From: Planctomycetota bacterium
Lineage (GTDB): Bacteria > Planctomycetota > B15-G4 > JAXMBY01
Direction of reading: 5' to 3'
DNA: 64,000 bases
Assembly: GCA_046349655.1 (NCBI GenBank)
Contig: JAXMBY010000001.1
Coordinates: forward strand, 181,351-245,350
Shown here: positions 1 through 11,288 of the stretch, one piece after another
How positions within the stretch are numbered: position 1 is the first letter of the stretch
How the letters are laid out: each line of letters opens with the position of its first letter
The notes under the pieces: model-generated
What the model was told of the DNA's origin: nothing
Databases searched by the model: none
The model's input: the letters and a program-made list of their open reading frames with translations, nothing else
Translations under genes and position numbers: made by a program

Positions 1-1180
1 GCCACCCCGCCACCACATCGCCGCCGCGGAACACGACCGTATCGATGAAGTTCTTCGACTTGTACTTCGTCTCGCGATCGACCACGGTGAACAGCACTTC
101 CTTTGCCGGGGTCGCCACCCCATAGCTGAGCGCACGCCGCACGACCTCGTAGCCGAGCATGACGACCAGCACCGGCGCCGCGCCGAGTGCGAGCGAGCCC
201 AGGAAGTGGGCCGCGGGCAAGATCGTGAGCGTGCCGCCGACGCCGATCCACTGCAGCAACCGTGCGGTGAGCAACGCCTGAGCGAGCATCGCCAGCAGCT
301 GCACGGCAAGGTTCACGTTGGCGAGCACCTCGGTGCGGGCGGCCTCGTCGGGATATGCCGCCTTGACGATGCGCCCTTGCTCGAAGTACACGATCGTGGC
401 ATTGAGCGTCGAGAAGAACAGGTAGAGGCAGATGCCCTGCAGGTAGCGCGATCGGAGCACGAGGCGCACGCCTGCGAGCAGATCGCCGCCCGTGGGCTCG
501 CCGCGCACCGAGGCCGCCGTTGCCGTTGCGCGCGCACCGCTGGTGCGCGCGGCGATCATGACCGCGCGGTCGACCCGCTGCGCGCAGCGCACCGCGACCT
601 CGAACAGCACTGCGGGCAAGAGCAGCATGTGGGTGGTGCCGAGGCGCAGCACGAGCAAGGACGTCACGGCCGATCCGGCGAGTGCGCCGAGCGATGCGCC
701 GCTGGCGATGAACGCGAACAGGCGCTTCGCCTGATCCGGCGCAAGCAGATCGGCGAGATGGCTCCAGAACACCGACACGACGAACAGATTGAGCACGCTC
801 ACCGAGACGAAGAACGCGTTGATCGCGAGCTGGTCGGCGGCACCGCGCAAGGCCAATCTAGCCAGCCAGAACAGGACCAAGATGACGGCGAACAACCGGT
901 AGCACACCGGGATGAACACGCGCCGCGGCAGGCGCGCCACGAGCGCACCGTAGAGCGGTACCGCCGCGAGCATCGTCAGGAACGTCCCCAGGAACAGCCA
1001 CGGCAGGGCGCTGGCCCGACCGTAGCCCAGCGCGTCGCGCAGCGGCCGCAGCACGTAGTAGCCGGACATCAAGCAGAACAGGCACGCGAAGCCCCACAGG
1101 GTGGCCGCCACCTCGTCGTCTCTGACGGGCACCGCGCGCCGCAGCTGCGAGCCGATGCGATTGGGTGGACGATGGGTCAT
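1..1180 (-). CDS. TLC/Npt-family (ATP:ADP antiporter-like) MFS membrane transporter; C-terminus lies beyond the window start
   Basis: Minus-strand ATG at 1180. Translation MTHRPPNRIGSQLRRAVPVRDDEVAATLWGFACLFCLMSGYYVLRPLRDALG... reads as a continuous polytopic membrane protein to position 1. The N-terminal LFCLMSGYYVLRPLRDAL motif resembles the TLC nucleotide transporter signature. Absent from the ORF track because it has no stop inside the window. Confidence 0.5.
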   Translation of the reverse strand, partial: MTHRPPNRIGSQLRRAVPVRDDEVAATLWGFACLFCLMSGYYVLRPLRDALGYGRASALPWLFLGTFLTMLAAVPLYGALVARLPRRVFIPVCYRLFAVILVLFWLARLALRGAADQLAINAFFVSVSVLNLFVVSVFWSHLADLLAPDQAKRLFAFIASGASLGALAGSAVTSLLVLRLGTTHMLLLPAVLFEVAVRCAQRVDRAVMIAARTSGARATATAASVRGEPTGGDLLAGVRLVLRSRYLQGICLYLFFSTLNATIVYFEQGRIVKAAYPDEAARTEVLANVNLAVQLLAMLAQALLTARLLQWIGVGGTLTILPAAHFLGSLALGAAPVLVVMLGYEVVRRALSYGVATPAKEVLFTVVDRETKYKSKNFIDTVVFRGGDVVAGW

Positions 1181-1487
1181 GGTGCTAGCGTAGCGGATGA
1201 CCGCGAGCGGGGCTCGCGACAAGTTCTGCCGTGATGGCGCGCGCTGCGGGAATCCGTGATGGAGCGCGGATCGGTGCGACGTGTCGTGCGGCAGACGGCG
1301 CGATTCGACCAGCGAGGAACAAGGGCGATGCGCCGTGGCCGTTCGGCGATGACGGCCGACGCAATCCAGATTGCCTCGCCGTGCGTAGTCCTCTGAACGA
1401 CGCCGCTGCCGAGGCTGGTTCGCCAGGGCGCGCGCCTTGCTCTCCCGCCTTGCCAGGCCATTCGAGAAACGGCGACGGAGGTCTTTC

Positions 1488-1688
1488 ATGAACAGCTGGC
1501 TCGATCACGCGATCCTGTCCCTGATCTTCGCCACCGGTGGCGTGGTCTACGTCGGGTTCTTCGCCCTCATCGCTTACGTGGCGATTGCCCTGCAGGCGCG
1601 GCTCGATCGGCAGCGCGGGATCGGTGCGGCGGCAGGCGTGCATCGAACCGATCGCGGTGCGCTCGATCGAGACGATCGGGATCGCTGA
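1488..1688 (+). CDS. small hypothetical membrane protein (67 aa)
   Basis: GGAGG 7 nt upstream of ATG 1488; one clear hydrophobic helix (ILSLIFATGGVVYVGFFALIAYVAIAL). Confidence 0.3.
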   Translation: MNSWLDHAILSLIFATGGVVYVGFFALIAYVAIALQARLDRQRGIGAAAGVHRTDRGALDRDDRDR

Positions 1689-1723
1689 GCGTTCGCGTGC
1701 TGCCATCGCCCCGCGGCGAGAAC

Positions 1724-2182
1724 TCACCGCGACTCGGGTGCACGCTCGGTCTTGACCAGATACCAGTTCGCGGGATGCGCTTGGTCACCGGCGAGCCAGC
1801 GCCAGTGCTCGACGATGTCGAGCTTCTCGCTCGTGCTGGACTTGTTCAGCGCGGCGAGCAAGCCGTCCGGCTTCCAGTCGTAGCGAGCGAGCACCCGGGC
1901 GGTGGCGCCGTCGAGGTCGATGCGGACGATGGTCGCGGCCGAGAAGTCGACGCTGGGGCGGCGCCCGCCGAGGAATCCCAGAGCCTGATCGCGCGCGGTG
2001 GGATCGCTGAGCGCTTGCTCGTGCTCGAGATCGCCGCTGAGGTGCAGCTGCCAGCGCGCTTCCACGCGTTGCTTGAGGGCGGTGGTGGCGGCCGCCCGCG
2101 CGGCATCCGGCCGCGGCGTGAGCAGCGCGGCTGCGGGGATGCCGATCGCGAGGCAGGCGATGGCGAGGTGCCGGACGTTCAT
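1724..2182 (-). CDS. secreted hypothetical protein (152 aa) with N-terminal signal peptide
   Basis: Internal ATG at 2182 preceded by GGAGGA. N-terminus MNVRHLAIACLAIGIPAAALL is a signal peptide. The upstream extension of the 253-aa ORF is Arg/Gly-rich shadow sequence. Confidence 0.5.
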   Translation of the reverse strand: MNVRHLAIACLAIGIPAAALLTPRPDAARAAATTALKQRVEARWQLHLSGDLEHEQALSDPTARDQALGFLGGRRPSVDFSAATIVRIDLDGATARVLARYDWKPDGLLAALNKSSTSEKLDIVEHWRWLAGDQAHPANWYLVKTERAPESR

Positions 2183-2486
2183 GACGGGGTCCTCCAGGCA
2201 AGCGGTCGGCGACCAGAGCGTAGCTCTCCAAGCGTCGACCGGATCGCCCGAAGGCGGCCGCAATAACTCTCCCGCGCGAGCCAGATCGAGAGATGTTCCG
2301 CGCCCGCAATCACGCGCCTGCTGGCCTTGCGTTCGCGCCGGCGCCGACCCGAGCGGTGCACGAAAGTCGATTTTGTCTGGTGGTCCGACGACGGGTCGCG
2401 GCTCGAACGGGCGCATTTCTCGGCTCCGCGGGTCCATCTGGACCCGGCCCTGGATCCGTTCCTTCGCAGCACAGGAGATCACCAAT

Positions 2487-3753
2487 GCATCAACCCCGAA
2501 TCTGCAGGCGAGCTGCCCTGGTCGGCTCGCTTCTCCTCGCCACCGCCGCGGTCACGCTCGGTCAGACCAACTGGTCGATCGAGGGCACGATCCCGAGCTA
2601 CGGCGAGTACAACGCCCCGGCCTGCGTGGTCGCGCCGCCGCCACCCTACGCGGTGAACCCGCCGCCGGTGCCGGGCGGCGGCTGCCCGACGCTCCTGCCA
2701 TTCCCGCCGCTGTCGTGCCGCGGTGGCGGCACAGGCGTCGACAACAACGGCAACTTCCTGAGCGGCGGCGCCGCCTTCCCGGTGATCGTCAACACCGACG
2801 GCTTCACCATCACCATGAGCACTCCAGCCGGCGCGTACGTGAACTCGTGGCCGGTGCCGCCGGGCGCCATCTTGCCCGGTCTGATCACGGGGCTCGACTA
2901 CAACAGCGCCGCGGACATCATCTGGATCACCGATGGGCTGTTGTGCGCCGGGCTCGGGCTCGCGCCAGGCTGCCCGATCCGCCGGTGGTGGTGCCGCCAT
3001 TCCCGGTTCCATCGTGCACCGGCGCGCCGGTGTGCGGGCTCGGCTACAGCCCGTGCACGGGCACGCTGTGGGCTTCCGACGTCGCGGGTTCGTCACCAAC
3101 TTCACCATCGGCGGTGCGCCGCTGTTCTGCTTCCCGGCAGGCCGCGCTCGCGCCGGTGCTCACCGGCGTCACGGTGAACACCACCAACGGCAACATCCGC
3201 GTCACCGACGGCATCATGGTTGCCGAGTTCACGCCCGCGGGAGCGCTCGCTGCTCCGGGCGCGTTCGACCTGGCGGTCAACCGTTCCCGATCGCCCTGTG
3301 GGCCGCGCCGGTCGATGGTCTCGGCTTCTCGCTGCGGCCGCAAGCGTTTGGCATCGGCTGTTCGCCGATCGGCGCGCCGCCGATGATCACCTGGGGTGGC
3401 GGCTACCCGTTCGCTGGCAACGGCGGCTTCACCGTGGGTGAAACCGGCGCGGCCCAGGTGCATCGGCGTTCCTGATCTTCGGCTTCACCCGCGCTTGCCC
3501 GCCGTTGCCCATCGCCGGTTGCCCCGGTACGGGGCTCTGGATCGCGCCGCCGTTCGGCGGGATCGTGTTCGTCGGCGTCGTCGGCGGCGGCGGTGCCGTG
3601 ATGGTGCCAGCGCCGATCCCGGCGCCGGGCGCACCCTGCGGCTTGCCGGTGGGTGCGCCGATCTACCTGCAGTTCGCGCACATCGGCGGGCCGATCCCGC
3701 CCGGCAAGGTGCAGCTCTCCAACGCGCTGTCGTTCGCGATCGGCGCGATCTGA
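2487..3753 (+). pseudogene. secreted Pro/Gly-rich hypothetical protein, disrupted by at least 3 frameshifts
   Basis: AGGAGA RBS plus ATG 2487; signal peptide MHQPRICRRAALVGSLLLATAAVTLGQ. Plausible protein sequence then moves from frame 1 (to about 2995, ...GLGLAPGCP) to frame 3 (DPPVVVPPFPVPSCTGAPVCGLGYSPCTG...VNTTNGNIRVTDGIMVAEF) to frame 2 (PFPIALWAAPVDGLGFSLRPQAFGIGCSPIGAPPMITWGGGYPFAGNGGFTVGE) to frame 1 (GLWIAPPFGG...LQFAHIGGPIPPGKVQLSNALSFAIGAI stop 3753). Confidence 0.45.
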
Positions 3754-3765
3754 GCGATACGGCCA

Positions 3766-3792
3766 CCCCGGAGGGCGACGCGTCCTCCGGGG
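3766..3792. terminator. GC-rich hairpin in a convergent intergenic gap; candidate bidirectional terminator
   Basis: CCCCGGAGG-gcgacgcgt-CCTCCGGGG is a perfect 9-bp inverted repeat between the stop at 3753 (+) and the stop at 3817 (-). Confidence 0.4.
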
Positions 3793-3816
3793 TTGGCCGC
3801 CCGCCAGCGTCGAGGA

Positions 3817-5535
3817 TCACGCGAACGCGTAGCGGCTCTGGATCAGGTCGGCGAGCGCGTCGTTGATGGCGAGCACCCGGCCGTGGCGGTGGTCGTGCTC
3901 CAGCTCCAGCACCTGCGCTGCCAGAGGGCGATCACCGAAGACGTCGCCGATCCAGCGCGAGAAGTCGCTGCGCTGGAGATGGCCGGCGAGATCCTCGGGA
4001 CGGGACGCCACCAGGGCGTCGACGAACTCCTTGAGCGTGCGTGCCGTCCTGCCGGCGGGTGCGCCGTCGCGGGTGAACACGAACGCTCGCGACACCGGAA
4101 TCGGCACGTCGAGGTACTTGTGTCGATGCCGCACGTGCGGGGTCATGCGAGCGGCCACGGCGAACCGGCACAGATCGCCGCCGGCCTCCTCGGTGCGCGG
4201 CAGCAGCACCGCCTCGTCGATGGCGAGATCGCGCAGCGTCGCGTGCCACGCTGCGGCGCGGCCGCCGCTGATCGCCTGCAGCGCCTGCGCCTCGGCCGGA
4301 TTGGTCGCGCGCGTCACGACGATCGCCTCGATGGCGGCAAGCAGGTCCTTGTGCAGGCCTGAGGCCCGGTACGTGACCAGCGTGTAGCCACCCAGCTCCA
4401 GGTCGAGCAGCTCGTGCACGTCCTCGCCGTACAGGAAGTAATGCGCCTCGTCGACGACGATGCGATGCGGCAGGCCAGTCTGGCGGCGCAGGCGGGCGAG
4501 CATGAGCAACAGCGAGCTCACGTACTGCCGCTTGTCGCGCGCGTGCATGCGCGACAGGTCGATGATCACGCTGACGTCGGGATACCGCAGCGCGCGCGTG
4601 AGATCGCGGACGCCGGGCGGACGGTCGTCGCCACCGAGCACGAGCACACCCGGCAGCGCCTCGAGCGGCGCGTAGTCGCCCTCGGGATCGATCACGCACA
4701 CGCAGTAGCGCTGCAGGATCAGCTGCTCGCACAGCAGCCCGGCGACCCAGGACTTTCCCGAGCGAGGATCGCCGGCGATCAACAGGTTGCGCCCGCGCAC
4801 CGACAGCGCCAGCGGGCGGCCTTCGATGGTGGTGCCGAGCAACAGCTTGCGATGGCCGCGGCCGGGCACCAGGCGTGAGCGTGAGATGGCTCGCCGGATG
4901 TAGCTCGCGACGGCGGGCGGCGCCGTGCCATCGACCACGTCGTCGGCAACCTGCTGCAGGCGCGGGCTGCCCCAGGCGACGGCGGCGCCCACCTCGCACG
5001 CGAGCAGCATCTCGTGATCGTTCTCGGCATCGCCGATGGCGATGGCATTGTGTGCCGAGAGGCGCAAGATGCGCAGCGCCTCGCGCAGTCCAGTCGCCTT
5101 GCTCACGGCCTGTGGCAGGATCATGAGGCGGCCGCGGTTGAACAGGATCGCGAGCGGCAGCTCGAGCTCGCGAATCACCGCGAGCACCGCCACCGATTGA
5201 TCAGCGGCCACCTCGACCACACCCTCGCCATGTGTGGCGGCGACGCCGCGACGCGCGAGCTCATCGAGCAGCGCCGATGGCGGCCGTGGGCAGAGCGAGA
5301 GCGAGCGGCCGCTGCCGGGAAACGAGACCACGGCGCCGTTCTCGCCAACCACCGCGTCGAAGATGCAGAGATCGCCGATCAGGCGGCGCAGGTCATCGAG
5401 CGTCCGACCGGTGTCGAGGATGACGGCGATGCCGCGGCTGCGCGCATCTTGCAGCGCCGAGCGCACCTCGGCGCCGAGCGAACCGTCGTCGCTGATCGTG
5501 CCATCGAAATCGATCACCAGGACGGCGAACTTCAC
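3817..5535 (-). CDS. HAD-IIB-type phosphatase domain fused to a P-loop NTPase (Walker A/B, HerA/AAA-like) domain, 572 aa
   Basis: GTG start at 5535 with GGAGGA 7 nt upstream. N-terminus VKFAVLVIDFDGTISDDG (HAD motif I) ... AIAIGDAENDHEML (HAD motif IV-like). C-terminal half has LLIAGDPRSGKSWVAG (Walker A) and RIVVDEAHYF (Walker B). The rest of the 1106-aa ORF (3817..7137) upstream of 5535 is antisense shadow of the NtrC-like gene. Confidence 0.7.
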   Translation of the reverse strand: MKFAVLVIDFDGTISDDGSLGAEVRSALQDARSRGIAVILDTGRTLDDLRRLIGDLCIFDAVVGENGAVVSFPGSGRSLSLCPRPPSALLDELARRGVAATHGEGVVEVAADQSVAVLAVIRELELPLAILFNRGRLMILPQAVSKATGLREALRILRLSAHNAIAIGDAENDHEMLLACEVGAAVAWGSPRLQQVADDVVDGTAPPAVASYIRRAISRSRLVPGRGHRKLLLGTTIEGRPLALSVRGRNLLIAGDPRSGKSWVAGLLCEQLILQRYCVCVIDPEGDYAPLEALPGVLVLGGDDRPPGVRDLTRALRYPDVSVIIDLSRMHARDKRQYVSSLLLMLARLRRQTGLPHRIVVDEAHYFLYGEDVHELLDLELGGYTLVTYRASGLHKDLLAAIEAIVVTRATNPAEAQALQAISGGRAAAWHATLRDLAIDEAVLLPRTEEAGGDLCRFAVAARMTPHVRHRHKYLDVPIPVSRAFVFTRDGAPAGRTARTLKEFVDALVASRPEDLAGHLQRSDFSRWIGDVFGDRPLAAQVLELEHDHRHGRVLAINDALADLIQSRYAFA

Positions 5536-5591
5536 GGCAGGATCCTCCGCGGCAGACGAGCGAGCGATGGTCCGGTACGGCGATCTCGTCG

Positions 5592-5607
5592 GCAAGCGGT
5601 GTGCCCG
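5592..5607 (-). promoter_or_regulatory. putative sigma-54 (-24/-12) promoter for the HAD/ATPase gene
   Basis: Minus-strand sequence GGGCAC-ACCGC-TTGCC matches TGGCAC-N5-TTGC with exact GG-to-GC spacing. It sits 57-72 nt upstream of the GTG start at 5535 and divergent to the sigma-54 activator gene. Confidence 0.45.
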
Positions 5608-5925
5608 GGCCCAGGCCCTGGCTCTGCGGTGGGGCGCGGAGCGCTGACCGCGCACGCTTGCGCCGGTGTGGGTCGTCCTCGGCGGTGAGCGGTGCGCCCC
5701 GGCCATTGCGATCGCCGCGGCGTTGCATTGAGCGGTGAGCCGCCGCGTGCTATCAACGTCCTCGAGAGATCGCCGATTTCGACCCGGGATCCGCAACCAG
5801 GGTCCGGCCTCCGCCAGACGACGGTGAGACCAGCAGGCTCGCATCCAGCGCGGATGCTGATGGCTCCGCCACCGATCGACGCAGGAGCTCGCCGGCATCT
5901 CGTTCGAAAGAAGGACAAGCGCATC

Positions 5926-7353
<1,428 letters not shown>

Positions 7354-7543
7354 CGCACGCGCGGCCGCAGCCCGTGATCATGTGCGCGTCTCCCGCCGCG
7401 ACGAGCCACATCCCCGGCAGGAGAGGCAGCCAGAAGCTCGCTCCCCGGAACAGCACGGCCCGGCGATCGACCGCGCCGTCGGGTCGCCATGCTCCTGTTC
7501 GCGGCAGCCGTCCGTGATCGGTGCGCGATGCAAGCGCGGCCCC

Positions 7544-10096
7544 CTACGGCAGCAACCGGGCCATGAGCCTGCGCTTGAGCACTTGCACCAGCCCCAGGTA
7601 GGTGCTCGCGGCGCCCAGCAGGAACACGAAGTAGGCCGGCGGCAGCGGCGTGAATCCGAGCGTTGCCGCGAGCGGCGAGAACGGGATCAGCAGGCCCGCG
7701 AGCAGCGTCGCGCAGATCGTCAGCGCGAGCGGCGCGCTGGGCCGGCTCTCCAGCGGATTGCGAGCGGTGCGGATCACGAACAGCACCAGCGTCTGGGTCG
7801 CCAGGGACTCGACGAACCAGCCGGTGTGAAACAGCGGCGCCGAGGCGCGGAACACGTGGATCAGGACCGCGAACGTCATGAAGTCGAACAGCGAGCTGAT
7901 CGGCCCGATGACCAGCATGAAGTCGCGGATCAACCGCAGGTCCCAGCGGCGCGGTTTGCGAATGAACTCCGGGTCGACGTGGTCGGACGGGATCGCGACC
8001 TGTGCCAGGTCGTACAGGAAGTTGTTGAGCAGGATCTGCGTCGGCAGCATCGGCAGGAACGGCAGGAACAGCGATGCTGCCGCCATGCTGAACATGTTGC
8101 CGAAGTTCGAGCTGGTGCCCATCAGCAGGTACTTGACGATGTTGCCGAACGCCTTGCGGCCTTCGATGATGCCATCGTGCAGGACGCGCAGGCTGTGCTC
8201 CATGAGCACGATGTCGGCGGCGTCCTTGGCCACGTCCACCGCGGTGGCCACCGAGATGCCCACGTCGGCGATGTGCAGCGAGGCGGCGTCGTTGATGCCG
8301 TCGCCGAGGAAGCCGACCACGTGGCCCCGGCTCTTCAGTGCGAGCAGCACCCGGCTCTTCTGCGCCGGCGTCATGCGCGCGAAGATGGTGGTGCGCTCGG
8401 CCACGTGCCCGAGCGCCAGGTGTCCAAGGCGGTCCACGTCCTTGCCCAGCACCATCGCGCGCGCATCGAGACCGACCTGCGCGCACACGTGCCGGGCCAC
8501 CAGCTCGTTGTCACCGGTCAGGATCTTCACGTCGACGTGCGCGCGCCTGAGGTCCTGCACCACCGCAGCCACGTCGGGGCGAGGCGGATCGGCGAAGGCG
8601 ATGAACCCGGCGAGCACGAGGTCCTGCTCGTCCACCGCGTGCTCCACCATCTGCTCGCCCGGCGTTCGGTGGGCAACCGCCAGCACGCGGAAGCCCGCCG
8701 CGGACAGCTCGCGGAACGTGCGGTCGCACTGGCTGCGGGCCGCGGCATCGAGCGGCGCAGTGCGGCCAGCTGCCGCGTAGCTCGAGCAGGCCGCGAGCAC
8801 GTTCTCCGGCGCGCCCTTGACGATCATCAGGCGATGCGCTGCCGCGGCCACCACGATCGCGGTGCGACGGCGCTCGAAGTCGAACGGCACCTCGTCCTGC
8901 TTCTGGTACGCAGCGAGCGAGGGTGCCTGCGACCCGAGTGCGGTGGCGTCGAGCCCGAGCGCGGCGCCGCGCTCGAGGAGCGCGCGGCGGATCGGATCCT
9001 TCACGCCCGACTCGTGCAGGCTGCTCAGGTAGGCGAGCGCGAGCACCACCGGCGCGTCGTCGCCGAACGGGTCGCAGTGCCGCTCGAGCACCATCTGGCC
9101 GGTGGTGAGCGTTCCGGTCTTGTCGCTGCACAGCACGTCGATGCTGCCGAAGTTCTGGATTGCCGCGAGGTTCTTCACGATCACGTGGCGGCGCGCCATG
9201 TGCACGGCTGCGCGACCCAGCGTCACGGTCGTGATCATCGGCAGGAACTCGGGCGTCAGCCCGACCGCGAGCGCGAGCGCGAACAGCAGGGATTGCCACG
9301 GGTCGTGCCGCAGCGCCGCGGTCACCAGGAACACGGACAGCACGAGGAAGGCCACCGTGCGCGCGATGAGCACGCCGAACTGGCGCGCACCACGCTCGAA
9401 CTCGGACTCGGGCGCGCGGTCCGCGAGCCGCGCCGCGATCCCGCCGAACACCGTGCTGGTGCCGGTGGCGAGGACCGTCGCGAGCGCCGTGCCGCTCACC
9501 ACCGACGTGCCGAGCAAGACGACGTCGCTGCGTTCCGTGAGCGGCGGCAGCGTGGCGGCCGAGCGATCGACCGCCAGCTGCTTCTCGACTGGCAGGGATT
9601 CGCCGGTGAGCGCGGCCTGCTGCACGTGCAGGTCCTGCGCCTGCAGCAGCTGCGCGTCCGCCGGGACGAGATCGCCGGCCACGAGCTGCACCAGATCGCC
9701 GGGCACGACGTCGCGGCGCGGGATGTCCACCCAGACCCCATCGCGCTGCACCGTGGCCTGCGGCGCCAGCTGCTCCTGCAGCCGCATCGCCGCGCGCTGC
9801 GAGCGGTAGGTCTGGAGGAAGTTGAGCGCAATGCTGAGCAGCACCGTGGTGGCGATGATCACCGCATCGACGATCTGGCCGAGCACGGCCGCCACCAGCG
9901 CCGCGACCAGCAAGACCACCACCAGCGGGTTGGCGGCAAACTGCAGCAGCTCGAGCAGCATCGGACGCCGGTGCGCCCTGGTCGGCTCGTTCGCACCCAC
10001 GCGCGCACGGCGCCGTCCGGCTTCTTGCGTCGTCAGTCCGAGCGGCGCGTCGCGCGCGGGCGCGGCCTGGCACAGGGGCTTGGTCGGCATGGACAT
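7544..10096 (-). CDS. mgtA: Mg2+-importing P-type ATPase (MgtA-type, P3B)
   Basis: DKTGTLT phosphorylation motif, TGES, GDGINDA, and the MgtA-typical NNFLYDLAQVAIPSD plus C-terminal 10-TM layout. Start taken at ATG 10096; alternative GTG starts at 10126 or 10123. Confidence 0.8.
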   Translation of the reverse strand: MSMPTKPLCQAAPARDAPLGLTTQEAGRRRARVGANEPTRAHRRPMLLELLQFAANPLVVVLLVAALVAAVLGQIVDAVIIATTVLLSIALNFLQTYRSQRAAMRLQEQLAPQATVQRDGVWVDIPRRDVVPGDLVQLVAGDLVPADAQLLQAQDLHVQQAALTGESLPVEKQLAVDRSAATLPPLTERSDVVLLGTSVVSGTALATVLATGTSTVFGGIAARLADRAPESEFERGARQFGVLIARTVAFLVLSVFLVTAALRHDPWQSLLFALALAVGLTPEFLPMITTVTLGRAAVHMARRHVIVKNLAAIQNFGSIDVLCSDKTGTLTTGQMVLERHCDPFGDDAPVVLALAYLSSLHESGVKDPIRRALLERGAALGLDATALGSQAPSLAAYQKQDEVPFDFERRRTAIVVAAAAHRLMIVKGAPENVLAACSSYAAAGRTAPLDAAARSQCDRTFRELSAAGFRVLAVAHRTPGEQMVEHAVDEQDLVLAGFIAFADPPRPDVAAVVQDLRRAHVDVKILTGDNELVARHVCAQVGLDARAMVLGKDVDRLGHLALGHVAERTTIFARMTPAQKSRVLLALKSRGHVVGFLGDGINDAASLHIADVGISVATAVDVAKDAADIVLMEHSLRVLHDGIIEGRKAFGNIVKYLLMGTSSNFGNMFSMAAASLFLPFLPMLPTQILLNNFLYDLAQVAIPSDHVDPEFIRKPRRWDLRLIRDFMLVIGPISSLFDFMTFAVLIHVFRASAPLFHTGWFVESLATQTLVLFVIRTARNPLESRPSAPLALTICATLLAGLLIPFSPLAATLGFTPLPPAYFVFLLGAASTYLGLVQVLKRRLMARLLP

Positions 10097-10204
10097 CGGG
10101 CCACCACGGGGAACGCACCGCACCACACGAGCGCCGGCATCTTGCCGAACTCGAGGTGGCGAGTCACGCAGCGACCAGAGGCAGTCGCCGGCCGACCGCG
10201 ATGC

Positions 10205-10366
10205 TCAGGAGAGGAGGCGCGCGACCAGGCGGCGGCTCAGGTACAGGCCGAGCACCGTGCCGACGACGCCAAGCGCGAATGCCCACGTCACGTCGCGCAG
10301 CTCGCCGAGCGACCAGCCGGCCCAGCTGCCGAGGGTGGCGCCGAGAAAACCGATGAGCTTGTTCAT
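10205..10366 (-). CDS. small GlsB/YeaQ/YmgE-like (transglycosylase-associated) membrane protein, 53 aa
   Basis: MNKLIGFLGATLGSWAGWSLGELRDVTWAFALGVVGTVLGLYLSRRL: two short helices typical of the YeaQ/YmgE family, immediately upstream of mgtA on the same strand. Confidence 0.35.
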   Translation of the reverse strand: MNKLIGFLGATLGSWAGWSLGELRDVTWAFALGVVGTVLGLYLSRRLVARLLS

Positions 10367-10529
10367 GCTGCTCTCATCGGCGATCGGGCGCCCGTGCCTG
10401 ATCCCGGCCAGGTATTTTCCGCGGGCGCGAAACCTCGAGCGTGATGCATGCGTACCGTGTCCTGCACGGGCGTGCGCTCGACTCGACCCCCATGAGACGG
10501 CTCGGTGAACCGCAGGCGGCGCGCCGCGA

Positions 10530-11288
10530 TCACGGCGGCAGCGGCTTCTCGTTCGGCAAGCGCACCACCACCTGTTCCGGGCGCGCGCTCGGATCGAAAG
10601 CGATCTCGAGCAGCTGGCGCGCGACGAATGGCACCGTGTTGAACGCATCCTGCTGCTTGATCGCGAGGAACCGTGGGACGGCCGGGAAGTCCTGCGCGCT
10701 GGTCGCGCGGATCTTGGCCTGCATCGCCGTATCGATGATGCCAGGCGCAACCGCGTAGGCGCGCACGCCGGCGCTGCCCTCCTCGAGCTGGACGCATTCC
10801 GTGAAGCGCTCGACCGCGGCCTTGCTCGCGCAGTAGGCCGACCAGCCTGCGTAGGCGCGTGCCGCCGCGCCCGACGAGATGTTGATCAGCACGCCGCCCG
10901 CGGCCGAGCGCTCGCGCAGGCTGCGCAGGTATGCCTGCGTGCCATGCATGACGCCGAGCAGATTCACCCGCACGAGCTGCGCGAACGCATCGGCGTCGAC
11001 GTCGCGAACGGGCTGGATGGGATCGAGCACACCGGCGTTGTTGATCCACAGGTCGATGGCGCCGAGCTGCTCGTGCACCAGACGAGCGAACGCGCTCACC
11101 TGGCGATGGTCGCCCACGTCCACGCGCTCGGCGATGCCGCGCGCATGCGGCGGCAAGACCGGCCGCGTGCGCGCGCACAGTCCGAGCACGAGCCCCGCCG
11201 CTGCCAGCTCGCGCGCGAGCCCGAGCCCGAGGCCGCGGCTGGCGCCGGTGATGACGGCGACCTTGCCGTGCAGATTGGTTGGTGCCAA
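10530..11288 (-). CDS. SDR-family short-chain dehydrogenase/reductase
   Basis: GKVAVITGASRGLG Rossmann motif, NNAG, and catalytic S...YCASK. Likely TTG start at about 11288 with a GGGAG RBS; the 323-aa ORF upstream of that is shadow sequence. Confidence 0.75.
   Translation of the reverse strand: MAPTNLHGKVAVITGASRGLGLGLARELAAAGLVLGLCARTRPVLPPHARGIAERVDVGDHRQVSAFARLVHEQLGAIDLWINNAGVLDPIQPVRDVDADAFAQLVRVNLLGVMHGTQAYLRSLRERSAAGGVLINISSGAAARAYAGWSAYCASKAAVERFTECVQLEEGSAGVRAYAVAPGIIDTAMQAKIRATSAQDFPAVPRFLAIKQQDAFNTVPFVARQLLEIAFDPSARPEQVVVRLPNEKPLPP

Noticed and set aside
206-1234. 342-aa plus-strand ORF
   Set aside because: Arg/Ala/Gly/His-rich translation typical of antisense shadow in GC-rich DNA. 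The opposite strand encodes a coherent TLC/MFS membrane protein.
10097-10204. Mg2+ riboswitch (M-box) upstream of mgtA
   Set aside because: Leader is only about 100 nt and lacks the M-box helices; a co-oriented small gene occupies the upstream space.
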